Below are positions 30,899-40,204 of a stretch of DNA of 49,699 bases, one piece after another. Positions within the stretch are counted from its first letter, which is position 1. Each line of letters begins with the position of its first letter. Made by a program: the position numbers and the translations under genes. The stretch is from an uncultured Methanosarcinales archaeon (GTDB taxonomy: Archaea; Halobacteriota; Methanosarcinia; Methanosarcinales; Methanosarcinaceae). The notes beneath the pieces are model-generated. The model was not told where the DNA came from, searched no databases, and saw only the letters and a program-made list of their open reading frames with translations. The stretch covers positions 1-49,699 of the forward strand of contig CAZSVY010000157.1 in NCBI GenBank assembly GCA_964610495.1. The letters are read 5' to 3'.

Positions 30899-31891
30899 AT
30901 GTCCCGACTTAACCCTATCCTGGCTTCGAGAGCGCTCTGGCAGATCCGAGTAAGAAAGCGTCCTTTTGTCCTTTCTCACGGTGTAAATGCTCGCTGCAAT
31001 ATGCGCTGCAGATTCTGTGAGTACTGGAATAAAACCGGAGAAGAGCCGACTAAAGAAGAGATTTTCAAATTGTTAGACGACGCGAGAGAATTCGGTATAG
31101 GAGTCTACAATGCCTGGACTGTAGAACCTCTCCTTAGAAAGGATCTGCCCCGGATTATGGCACATGCTAAAGGAATCGGAATGATCACTTCCATGGTCAC
31201 AAATGGAAAGCTGCTTTACGAAAGATCGGAAGAGCTGGGAGATGTCGATTACCTTTCAGTCTCAGTGGATGGGATAAACAGTTATAAAGAAATCCGTAAG
31301 ATGGATTTCGAAACCCTGCTTAGGGGCTTAAAAAAAGCTATCGAGGTTAGAAAACTTCAGAAACAGAAGAACCCTATCCTGATGAACTGCGTGCTCACAG
31401 GAAAAAACCTGGATGATATTGAGACCCTTATTTTGCTTGCAAAAAAACTGGGAGTAAAGGTTTCCTTCGAGCCTGTCCATGAGTTTCCCGGAATCAGTGA
31501 GGAGATCTGGAACGAAATCGGAATCCGTGATATGGAAAAATTCCGCAGTACAGTTGACCGCATAATCGAGCTTAAGAAGCAGGGCTATCCTATCATTAAT
31601 TCCAAAACCTATCTCAGAATGGTAAAGGATAGGGAAATGGACTACAGGTGCAGAGCCAGTGGGATTATTATGAATGTGACGCATGACGGGACTCTGGAGA
31701 CCTGCCGTGTGCAGAACGAACCCCTCGGAAACGTTATCTGGGACGGCTTTGAGAGCGTATGGGAAAACTCGGAAGAGCACAGGAAGGAAATTGTCAAAAA
31801 CTGCAGCGGCTGCCTCTTTTTTGGATATACGGAAAATAGCTTGATGCAGAGCTTTAACCCTGAAGTTCTGATGCATTACCAGTGGATGTAA
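30899..31891 (+). CDS. Radical SAM protein with C-terminal SPASM/twitch-like domain
   Basis: CNMRCRFC, EPLLR, TNG and SVSVDG motifs; C-terminal C...C...CSGC. Confidence 0.9.
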   Translation: MSRLNPILASRALWQIRVRKRPFVLSHGVNARCNMRCRFCEYWNKTGEEPTKEEIFKLLDDAREFGIGVYNAWTVEPLLRKDLPRIMAHAKGIGMITSMVTNGKLLYERSEELGDVDYLSVSVDGINSYKEIRKMDFETLLRGLKKAIEVRKLQKQKNPILMNCVLTGKNLDDIETLILLAKKLGVKVSFEPVHEFPGISEEIWNEIGIRDMEKFRSTVDRIIELKKQGYPIINSKTYLRMVKDREMDYRCRASGIIMNVTHDGTLETCRVQNEPLGNVIWDGFESVWENSEEHRKEIVKNCSGCLFFGYTENSLMQSFNPEVLMHYQWM

Positions 31892-31946
31892 CGCCCGAAT
31901 TGCGCCTCGGGAGTACGCTGCCCTTAATGCATCTCAGTAGCACGAT

Positions 31947-32117
31947 GTCCGTTTCGCTCATTTCGTTCGCTCAAGCGGACTAATTTATAAATAAAGAAAC
32001 TGAGCTATGCTAGGAAAGCTGAATTATGGGCAAGAGAAACTATTTTTTAATTTGCTGAAGAGGGCCAATTTATGAATATAACTTTTTTTCGTTCGCTTTG
32101 CTAGCTCAAACGGATTT
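31947..32117. repeat. Short REP-like palindromic repeats (TTCGCTCA...CGGA)
   Basis: GTCCGTTTCGCTCATTTCGTTCGCTCAAGCGGAC hairpin at 31947-31980; degenerate copy TTCGTTCGCTTTGCTAGCTCAAACGGA near 32088-32114. Confidence 0.55.
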
Positions 32118-32253
32118 ATTACGAATCATTTTTTGAATCGAACTTCGTGAATATTAGGGCGCTTTCAGAGGAAGGAAAAAGCTAAAATCAGGGAGAAAGA
32201 TTCCAGATGGATCTTTACACCTGAAAAAAGGATTTTTTTAGTTCAAATTAATT

Positions 32254-32424
32254 TTACTCAAGTGGAGTCCGCTTATCCAGCACTCTTAGCGCCTCAACTG
32301 TAGCCCACCTGACTTCGGGGTCAGGATCGTTTAAGTTTTTGACAAGAGGGGCTGTTTTTTGATCGCCGATTTTTCCAGGGGCGTCTGTTGCATACCGCGT
32401 AACCAAGGGGGTGCTGTTGTCCAA
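32254..32424 (-). pseudogene. HEAT-repeat (PBS lyase-like) gene remnant
   Basis: LDNSTPLVTRYATDAPGKIGDQKTAPLVKNLNDPDPEVRWATVEALRVL, two degenerate HEAT units; 5' part appears frameshifted or lost. Confidence 0.7.
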
Positions 32425-32480
32425 AGCCTGAAATGAAAACGTGGAGATTTATAGGTGTTCCAGGCTTGATGAGCAGTTTT

Positions 32481-33269
32481 TCACATGATTTTGATTACTA
32501 CCTGATCCCCGCTTTTCAGCCCGAACTGACGCGCAGCATTTCCTTTATTTACTGCGATTTCCAGAAAGCCGTGACTGCCTATAAGGGCAAGGGGCTCTTC
32601 CTGCCCGACAGAACCGTAGGTCTGGACAAAGGAGACCCTTCTGCCATTTACTTCCACCTGTGAGCCGAAGGTAGAGAATTTTAGAACTATATCTTCCGGG
32701 ATATTGGTGATTACATTTCCGAAACTGTCTGCAAAAATAATCTCTCCGAGAAGAAAGGGCCCGTCAATTCCGAAATTTTCGAAGTCAAGGTTAACGAAAT
32801 CCGGGACTTTTAATCCGACAGCCTCGATAGGTGTGCCTTTTGAGAGATGGGCGCCCACAGGTGCAAAAATGTCCCTGCCGTGGAAAGTTGCAGAAATGCC
32901 TGATTTAAGCATAAGTTCAGGGTTTGTGATCTCATATACTTCCATTTCCCCAAGGTAGCGGGCCGCAGGGATCAGGAGCCCGTTGTCAGGGCCGACAAAA
33001 AACTGTTCCTTTCCTGCACGGCCTGCTTTAATAGCAAGAGCGCGGCGGGAAGTCCCGACTCCGGGGTCGACAACGACAATATGTACGGTTCCCTGCGGGA
33101 AGTATCGAACCAGGGAATAGAGGGCAAAAGCCCCTTCCCGGATTCCGGCCTGCCGGATGGAATGGGTTATATCGATAATCTGCACCTCCGGGTTAATTCC
33201 CAGAATCACGGCTTTCATGGCTGCGGGATAAAGGTCTCCGAAATCAGTAGTCAGGGAAATTAAGGGCAT
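32481..33269 (-). CDS. SAM hydrolase / SAM-dependent halogenase family (DUF62)
   Basis: LTTDFG, VVVDPGVGT.RR, GPDNG, TFHGRDIFAP, DSFGN.ITN and LEIAVN motifs. Confidence 0.93.
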   Translation of the reverse strand: MPLISLTTDFGDLYPAAMKAVILGINPEVQIIDITHSIRQAGIREGAFALYSLVRYFPQGTVHIVVVDPGVGTSRRALAIKAGRAGKEQFFVGPDNGLLIPAARYLGEMEVYEITNPELMLKSGISATFHGRDIFAPVGAHLSKGTPIEAVGLKVPDFVNLDFENFGIDGPFLLGEIIFADSFGNVITNIPEDIVLKFSTFGSQVEVNGRRVSFVQTYGSVGQEEPLALIGSHGFLEIAVNKGNAARQFGLKSGDQVVIKIM

Positions 33270-33385
33270 AAATATCACTCGGCTTTTTTCTATTTTATAA
33301 TATGCAGGTCGGGGAAATTATATAAGATGTGAGAAAGTACAGGCTAACATCAGAAATTGGGAAAAATTCAAGAAGCAGGTATAAA

Positions 33386-34867
33386 ATGAAACATACAAAA
33401 ATCTTATTCATACTGATTCTCATAAGCCTGGCTCTTCTTGCATCGGGATGCGAAGAAAAACTGAGTGCAGAAGAGATTGCAACAAAAATGCAGGAAAAAG
33501 AAGCCAGCCTTGAAGATTACTCTGGCACAATGCACACGACAACATACCTCCACGGGGAAAAAGACCTGGAAGAGGAAATCCAGATAATGTATAAAAAACC
33601 TAACCTGGTGAGGACGTCCGGTGTGGAGGAAGGAAAAGAAGTCGAATCTGTGTCGGATGGGGAGTTCGTATGGAGCTACGATGCTGGAACAAATACGGTC
33701 ACGAAAATAAAATTGCCCGAAGAACCGCTCTTAACAGAAAATGATTTTGTCAGTATCATAGGCAATTTACTGAATAGAAGCGAGGTTTCCATGCTCGGAG
33801 TTGAGGAGGTGGATGGAAGAAGCGCATATGTTCTTGAAGCCAGACCAAAAGCCGAAGAGAAAGGGTTATCAGAGTTAGCTTCCCGAACAAAAGTATGGGT
33901 TGACAGAGAGACATGGATGGTACTCAAGTCCAGTGTGTATGACAATAAGGGAAATCTGGAAGTAGACGTGGAAATACGCGACCTGAAAGTAAACACCGGA
34001 ATTCCGGATTCCGAGTTCAAATTTGAGATTCCTGATGGGGCAGAGGTAAAAACTGTGGATCTGGACGAAGAACTCAAAATTCCCGAAAGCCTGAGCCTTG
34101 AAGAGGCCAGACAGCAGGCGAGCTTTGAAATCCTTATCCCGGAATATATCCCGGATGGCTACATGCTTAACTCGACAAGAATATATGAAGACGATGGTAC
34201 AACTTCTGAAGGCCATAGCTCCGAAACTGTAATTCTTAGCTACCAGAAAGGAACTCAAAATTTAGAGATAATGGAAACCGTTTACGAAAACGAGCCCGAA
34301 GAGGATACGCCCATGCTGGAAGGCGAAGAAATCAGCATCAATGGAAAGGAAGGGACATACTTTAATGAATTCGGAAACGTCAAGATGTTGCAGTGGAAGC
34401 TTGGAGAAGTCAAAATAGATCTGATCGGCTCTCTTGGAAAAGCCGAGATGCTGAAAATCGCTGAGTCTATACAGGAACCCTTTACCGAATTCTATATCCT
34501 GGGACAAGAAGGTAGAGCTGAGAACTATCCGACCGACTACGTGCTCGGGGAGAACGGCACCGTAATAGTGGGAATTATAAACCGTGAACAGAAGCCCGTA
34601 AACTATACAATGGAAGTCAGGCTTGAAGACACGCCTCTGCCTTTACCGGCTGACTGGAAAAATATATGCCTCGAAAACAACGATACCCTGGAAAAAGCTG
34701 TTACCGTAACTCCTCCCTTTGAGGGAACGGGTATGAGTCTCCAGTTTTTGCTTTATAACGAGGACAAAAATGACACATCCGAGCGGGATGCCACTGTGCC
34801 TTATAGAAACCTTCATTTATGGATAGATGTATCGCAGAATCTCTCGGAGAATAATTCAATCCGTTGA
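33386..34867 (+). CDS. LolA-like lipoprotein with DUF4367-like and C-terminal DUF1616-like domains
   Basis: LLASGC lipobox, YKKPN, VSDG...W.YD, W.D.ETW, F.FEIP.GA; P.YIP.GY; FTEFYILG..G.AENYP...YRNLHLW. Confidence 0.8.
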   Translation: MKHTKILFILILISLALLASGCEEKLSAEEIATKMQEKEASLEDYSGTMHTTTYLHGEKDLEEEIQIMYKKPNLVRTSGVEEGKEVESVSDGEFVWSYDAGTNTVTKIKLPEEPLLTENDFVSIIGNLLNRSEVSMLGVEEVDGRSAYVLEARPKAEEKGLSELASRTKVWVDRETWMVLKSSVYDNKGNLEVDVEIRDLKVNTGIPDSEFKFEIPDGAEVKTVDLDEELKIPESLSLEEARQQASFEILIPEYIPDGYMLNSTRIYEDDGTTSEGHSSETVILSYQKGTQNLEIMETVYENEPEEDTPMLEGEEISINGKEGTYFNEFGNVKMLQWKLGEVKIDLIGSLGKAEMLKIAESIQEPFTEFYILGQEGRAENYPTDYVLGENGTVIVGIINREQKPVNYTMEVRLEDTPLPLPADWKNICLENNDTLEKAVTVTPPFEGTGMSLQFLLYNEDKNDTSERDATVPYRNLHLWIDVSQNLSENNSIR

Positions 34868-34977
34868 CTGGGATACAAGCAACCTGGCTGAGGTTCAGCA
34901 CCGGCCCTATACTCTCAAAAAAACGGAAATGATTAAAATCGCAAAATCCGTAGAAAAAGAAGGAAAAGTTTCCTGCT

Positions 34978-35721
34978 TCAGCGAGACCTGAGAGCGCAGG
35001 GGCCGGTTGCACATTTCCCGCAGGCAAGCTGATTGAGTTCGGGAAAAGCTTTTGCATTTTCCTGAAGCAGCCTGAAACATTTTTCCTTATCAAGCCCTCT
35101 TGCAGTAAGAGCCCCAGCCGGACACCTGTCCACACAGACAAGGCATTTCTCTCCTTTTTTATAGCGGCAGAATTCTTCAGCAGGACGGGGAGTGGGAGGG
35201 ATTTCTGCGGAAATCAGTATTGTTCCAAAGCGGCCAGCACACCCGGCTCTCGTAATCAGCATACGGTGAACACCGAAAGTGCCAAGCCCGGCTGCATAAG
35301 CTGCACTTTTGTGGGACCAGGCAACGTCAAAACCTTTATTTTTATAATCAAAAGTAATTTCAGGCACAACTGCTTCTATGCCCTCCTTTGTCAGTTCAAC
35401 CTTTAATTTTTCATTAATTTCTCCGATCAGGCAGTCTGTTTCGCCTTTAGCCTGAATCCATTCCTTTACAGGTTCCAGTGACCTCCAGTTTAGCATCACA
35501 AGTTCTTTTTCAAAGGGCAGAAAGAAGGAAACAATAGTTTTTGCCTCAGGAAAAATCTCTTTAGGGTGTAGGTGGTGAGGGCCAATGATTTTCTTCATTT
35601 CATCAAAAATTGGGTCACTGGCTGAAGCATACCCGACAATAGGTTCACGATATCGAGTCTCAGTACCCGGACTTGCGGCGGCTGCTTTGATAATATTCTC
35701 GATCTTGTTTTTGAGCTCCAT
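34978..35721 (-). CDS. Epoxyqueuosine reductase (QueG)-like 4Fe-4S protein
   Basis: WSHKSAAYAAGLGTFG, GCAGRFG, CLVCVDRCPAGAL and CGKC...PC motifs. Confidence 0.82.
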   Translation of the reverse strand: MELKNKIENIIKAAAASPGTETRYREPIVGYASASDPIFDEMKKIIGPHHLHPKEIFPEAKTIVSFFLPFEKELVMLNWRSLEPVKEWIQAKGETDCLIGEINEKLKVELTKEGIEAVVPEITFDYKNKGFDVAWSHKSAAYAAGLGTFGVHRMLITRAGCAGRFGTILISAEIPPTPRPAEEFCRYKKGEKCLVCVDRCPAGALTARGLDKEKCFRLLQENAKAFPELNQLACGKCATGPCALRSR

Positions 35722-35953
35722 ACTGGTATCTCCTGCGAATTTACTTTCTGAAACGCGTTAAACAAATTTAAACAATAATAAAATGAAAATTAATGATGAT
35801 AGAGGTTACTGAAACAATGGTTGTTCTTGTGGCAATATTCTACCTCATAGTTGCATTACTGTTTTTGAAAATGGTTTATAAATTAAAGAAGAATTGACAG
35901 CATTCACAGAGAACTAAACAGATTTACAGAGAACTGAAATACAGTTTTTGTGT

Positions 35954-36430
35954 TTATCTCAAATTGTTTTCTTCAAGATTTAATAAAAATTCCTTTATGT
36001 CCAGCCCACTTGCATAACCCGTAAGCTTTCCGTCTGATCCTATTACCCTGTGGCAGGGGATAATTATCGCGATTGGATTCCGGTTATTTGCAAGCCCCAC
36101 AGCCCTATAAGCCCTGGGCTTTCCGATGGATATAGCTATCTCTTTATAGGTTCGGGTTTCCCCATAAGGGATTTCATATAAAGCATACCAGACAGATTTC
36201 TGGAATTCCGTGCCTTCCGGAGCCAGCTTTACATCAAAAGATTTGAGTTTCCCTGCAAAATAAGCTTCAAGCTGCCTGGAAATTTCCCTGAAAAATTCTT
36301 TGTTTTCTGCCCAGCCGTCCGGGATTTTGACCTTTTCTTTGCCTTTCATGAAAATAAGATGTTTCAGACCCTCTTTATTTCCTGCCAGAAGTATGGGACC
36401 GATTGGGGATTCGATTATATCGTAATACAT
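35954..36430 (-). CDS. ogt: Methylated-DNA--protein-cysteine S-methyltransferase
   Basis: GTEFQ, IPYGET.TY, RAVG.A and IPCHRV active site. Confidence 0.95.
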   Translation of the reverse strand: MYYDIIESPIGPILLAGNKEGLKHLIFMKGKEKVKIPDGWAENKEFFREISRQLEAYFAGKLKSFDVKLAPEGTEFQKSVWYALYEIPYGETRTYKEIAISIGKPRAYRAVGLANNRNPIAIIIPCHRVIGSDGKLTGYASGLDIKEFLLNLEENNLR

Positions 36431-36638
36431 TTTCTTCGTCTCCTGTAGCGCAGTTGCAGGTAGTTGTATCGTTATGGTAGAAATGTTTATTCAATGGGCG
36501 GGTAAAGGAAACTGCCGGGCAGGGTAGAATCTAATAATGGGCAGTAACCGGGAAGAAATACTCTCCGGGAAAAAGAAAAGAAATTGAAGATTAAGGGCAA
36601 TTAAATGCCCTCAAGCGTTTTACCGGAAGTATTCAAAT

Positions 36639-38699
36639 TCATTTGTTTTTATATTCATTGTTCCAGAAAGATCCCGAATAAATGTTCAGGCTTTCCACGG
36701 CAGAATCAAATTCAGGTGCATTTGCTTTTCTTTCCAGTTCATTAAGTTCCTGAATCCTCAACTCCACAACGTCCATTGCATCTTCAAAAAGCTGCCTGTT
36801 GATTTCGATTCCAAAATATTTTTTGAGTTTTTCTTCAGGCGGCATTGTCGAACCTGCCGAGAGGTATGCGATGTAGTTTCTGTTGAAAGTTTCGGGATCT
36901 TCTCCGTACTGTTTGAAGAGAGAAAGGGTTATTGCCTTTGAGACTGCGTAATTGAACGTATAGTAATTGTTTGTTAGGTAAATGTGGTTGATATAGGTCC
37001 ATTCGGCAGAATCATCGTCGTAGTATTCGACTGATTCACTCCTGTATTCTTTAGATAGGTTTGTCCAGAGGGCATTGAGATCCGCTCCGCTGACTGTTCC
37101 ATTTTCAGCACATAGCTGGTGTGCTTTATATTCGAATTCCGTAATCATGGGCTGCCTGGTAAAGTAGTTCTGGTAATCTTCTATTTGGCCAGAAAGTACC
37201 ATAATTGCGGTGTCTCTATCAGAATTTTCAACCACGTGATCAACAAAGAGTTCTTCATTGAAAGTGGAAGGAATCTCTGCTTCGTAGAGCTCATATGAGC
37301 AGTAGAGATAATCCACAGAGTTGCCCGTCAGGTAAAAATGAATCCCATGCCCCAGTTCGTGAGTGATGGCTTTCTGATCCCTTATAAGACCATTGTAATT
37401 GATAAAGATCAGACCCGGAGACTTCAGGGGGAAAAGTTCAAAGCAGTAACCACCGGGCTGTTTTCCATGTTCAGGGTCAGGATATACATCTATGAAATTG
37501 CCAGTTACTGTCTTTAAAAAGATCTCATTGAAAATGGGGTCCATCCTGGAATAGGATTTTTGGATCTCCTGCAAAGATTCTATATAAGTAAAGTTTTTGC
37601 CAGGTTGATCCGTCAACTGCAGCATAAGGTCGTATGGCCTGAGCGTTTCAACCCCGAGCTTGGTTCTCCTGAACTCGTTATAGTCCTCAAACACATCTTT
37701 TCTCTCTTTGAAAACCATATTCATGTCATCAACCTGAGTACGGTTAAGATAGAGACCATACAATGTGTAATCATAGAAGTCCGTATGATTCAGCTGTGTG
37801 CCAATAAGATCATCCATCCGGGCCTTTTCGGAATAAAGAGACGCCATGGAATCGGATTCATTTTTCAGGTGGTAAAATCTCTTCTCATAACATTTCTTTC
37901 TATTTTCCCGGTTTTGATCTATCGAAAGAAGAGTAAAGTAGGACTGGGAATTGACTGAGTATTCTTCCCCATTCTCAAGCGTTATATTTCCTGCCATTGT
38001 AACATTATTCGTGATCTCCGAAAAAGCCTCAGTTTCCAGTTTCATGCGCTGATTCTCGAGATCTGCAAGATATATAGCCTGGGATTCATTCATCGCCCTG
38101 TAATCTGCAAACCTCATATAATTAGCTTCAAGATAAGGCCTATACACCTCAAGTTTGGGCTCTTCGGAAAAGAGCCTGTCCCACTCGTCCTTATTGAGCG
38201 AAGTCAACTTCACAGTTGTAAACGAGTTAGCTTTTCCATATTCGGTAAGTAGATCCTGAGAGTCCGTAAGAAGAGAAGCAAAGAACGGATCACTTACATT
38301 TTTGCTGAGCTGAGTATATGCGTAAACGTACAGAACTCCAAGAGATTTTGAAAACTCCTTTTCAGCTTCCAGATAATCCAGTAAAACAGGTCCCGACAAG
38401 TTTTCAAATTGAGGACGGAAAGTTTCGTTTATTTCCTCTGGCTTCTTTTTTAAAGTTTCAAGCTCTTGTAAGGCAGCTTCCCTGCTACTGAAGAGATATG
38501 AGTCATCCCATTCAGTCGTAACCTCGTCGGGATTAAGCTTTTCAAATGTGTATTCCTCACTTACGATTTCAGAAGAGCCACCTAGTTCCGCAGCAGCCCC
38601 GCATTCTGAAAAAACTGAAAAGAACAGAAATACCCCGAGAGTGATAAGTCCTTTAACTATTCCGAGAGCAACAAGCCCTTTAACTGATTTTAGTCTCAT
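36639..38699 (-). CDS. M3B oligoendopeptidase F-family zinc peptidase with signal peptide
   Basis: W.DSYLF, LRPYDL, K.PGGY, HELGH, AEIPSTFNE, and W..I.H.Y...YY.F.YA motifs; hydrophobic N-terminus. Confidence 0.9.
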   Translation of the reverse strand: MRLKSVKGLVALGIVKGLITLGVFLFFSVFSECGAAAELGGSSEIVSEEYTFEKLNPDEVTTEWDDSYLFSSREAALQELETLKKKPEEINETFRPQFENLSGPVLLDYLEAEKEFSKSLGVLYVYAYTQLSKNVSDPFFASLLTDSQDLLTEYGKANSFTTVKLTSLNKDEWDRLFSEEPKLEVYRPYLEANYMRFADYRAMNESQAIYLADLENQRMKLETEAFSEITNNVTMAGNITLENGEEYSVNSQSYFTLLSIDQNRENRKKCYEKRFYHLKNESDSMASLYSEKARMDDLIGTQLNHTDFYDYTLYGLYLNRTQVDDMNMVFKERKDVFEDYNEFRRTKLGVETLRPYDLMLQLTDQPGKNFTYIESLQEIQKSYSRMDPIFNEIFLKTVTGNFIDVYPDPEHGKQPGGYCFELFPLKSPGLIFINYNGLIRDQKAITHELGHGIHFYLTGNSVDYLYCSYELYEAEIPSTFNEELFVDHVVENSDRDTAIMVLSGQIEDYQNYFTRQPMITEFEYKAHQLCAENGTVSGADLNALWTNLSKEYRSESVEYYDDDSAEWTYINHIYLTNNYYTFNYAVSKAITLSLFKQYGEDPETFNRNYIAYLSAGSTMPPEEKLKKYFGIEINRQLFEDAMDVVELRIQELNELERKANAPEFDSAVESLNIYSGSFWNNEYKNK

Positions 38700-39177
38700 A
38701 AAACCGCTACCCCTGACAGGCTATCAAAAATATCATCCAGCTTATGTAAGAAGACTTCCAGGCATTCCAATAAACTAATAAGAATACTTTGGATATTTTT
38801 AAGGTAATGATGTAAAAAGCTGTCGATTTTAAACTGCCGGAGAATATTTCAAAAAATGTGCAGATTTTCAGATGTTTTACCTGGAGTTGAAATTGAAGGG
38901 CCTCCCACCCAATTTGAGAAGAAAATGATTTCTTTTGCTATTGGAAATTTTTCAGATTAAATGGATATAATCTGAGTATTTACTGGTATATTGGATTTAA
39001 TCATCTTTTCTCTGCTGCTTTTTCAATATTATCGATATTGATCTCTCAAGAGGGGAAAAGTGTAACAAATATCAGATTCTTGCTTGCGGCTGCGGGCATG
39101 TCCTTACGAAAACACTCTCCAGCAAAGCTGGGCAGAAATTGTAACTTCATTTCTGACTCACAGCCGCGAATTCAAAA

Positions 39178-39258
39178 TCAACAGTTTCTGCAGCAAGAGG
39201 TCTGTGGCAGTTCTGGCTCGCAGCTGAGAACCTGTCCACAATATGGGCACACTACCAA
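39178..39258 (-). CDS. Possible 26-aa CPxCG zinc-finger microprotein or gene remnant
   Basis: TTG start; translates to MVVCPYCGQVLSCEPELPQTSCCRNC*; no clear SD. Confidence 0.3.
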   Translation of the reverse strand: MVVCPYCGQVLSCEPELPQTSCCRNC

Positions 39259-39292
39259 AAATTATCAAGCTGCTTAATTTTAATCAATGATC

Positions 39293-39415
39293 TTTATAAA
39301 GTTGATCTAAGTGTTAATTGTTAGATACTTTGGTCATACAAATTATATGGATGTTTATAAGTTGTAATGATTGGAATTCAATCGGGTATGAAATACGCGA
39401 TTGGAATACCCAGAA
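39293..39415. repeat. Partial inverted copy of the internal region of the 12821-13108 MITE
   Basis: Shares blocks such as TAATTGTTAGA, ACTTTGGTCATACAAATTATATGG and TTGGAATTCAATCG with the reverse complement of 12891-13008. Confidence 0.8.
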
Positions 39416-39433
39416 CATAGTAAAAAGTCAGTT

Positions 39434-39702
39434 TAGGACTTATGCATATGACTGAAAAAAGGTAGCATTAAACCATTAAATATCCGAAATTTAAATTCCG
39501 TGATGTTCAATGTGTTTGATTTGTACATCGAGTGATAAAATCTTACGGTACATAGTACTATCGTATAAGGTCAATATATACTGAATTTTGGAAAATTCGC
39601 TATCCGAATTCTATCCGAATTCAAAGTTAACATTGAAATATTCAGTTGTATAGATGTTTGAGTGTCAAGACCGCCTCCGAATATATTCAACGCCATGTCC
39701 TA
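39434..39702. mobile_element. Degenerate MITE-like element with TAGGAC...GTCCTA ends
   Basis: Left end TAGGACTTATGCATATGA; right end reverse-complements to TAGGACATGGCGTTGA. Non-coding, AT-rich interior. Confidence 0.5.
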
Positions 39703-39808
39703 AAAAAGACTAATATGTTCTGTATTTTAAATAAAGTCGATGAGCAAAAAATCAGCGCAAAGCTAGTACAAGACCAGATCTCAGGATCATATGAAGGAGT
39801 GAAATAAA

Positions 39809-40204
39809 ATGAGTAAATTAATCGCTACAGGAATAATGTTTTTGATACTCTCCGCATTCGTTTCACCGGCGCTTGCGGCAGACACAACACGCGCAGAGCC
39901 TAATTACAAAATATATACTCTAGAACAGAACGAAGATACAGCAAAACTACTTGAATCCCTGGGAGAAAAGCAAAACGTAATGGTATACGATGCAGAATCC
40001 GAAGAGGATCTGATAAAAATTGCGACAACCCTGTCTGAAGATTTTGGAGTCGATGGAAAAGAGCTAATAGGATCAATTGAGCAGCCAGCAGACAAGGCAC
40101 CCGTCGACTTCCTCGAAACCCTGGAGACAGGAAATATCGATCAGCATATTTCAATAATAATTATAATAACACCCCATAGTATTACAATAATTATAATATG
40201 GTAG
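39809..40204 (+). CDS. Small secreted protein with acidic central region and Ile-rich C-terminal tail; ends in TAG
   Basis: AAGGAGTGA SD, Sec signal (SPALA|AD), C-terminus HISIIIIITPHSITIIIIW, then TAG TTC TAA. Confidence 0.8.
   Translation: MSKLIATGIMFLILSAFVSPALAADTTRAEPNYKIYTLEQNEDTAKLLESLGEKQNVMVYDAESEEDLIKIATTLSEDFGVDGKELIGSIEQPADKAPVDFLETLETGNIDQHISIIIIITPHSITIIIIW

Noticed and set aside
32260-32430. GC-rich ncRNA candidate (CCTGAC-TTCGGG-GTCAGG hairpin, similar to 21135-21150)
   Set aside because: Better explained as HEAT-repeat coding remnant on the minus strand; the short match is probably chance.
39050-39180. TGA readthrough (selenocysteine) extending the Cys-rich microORF
   Set aside because: Methanosarcina are not known to use Sec, and no SECIS is evident.
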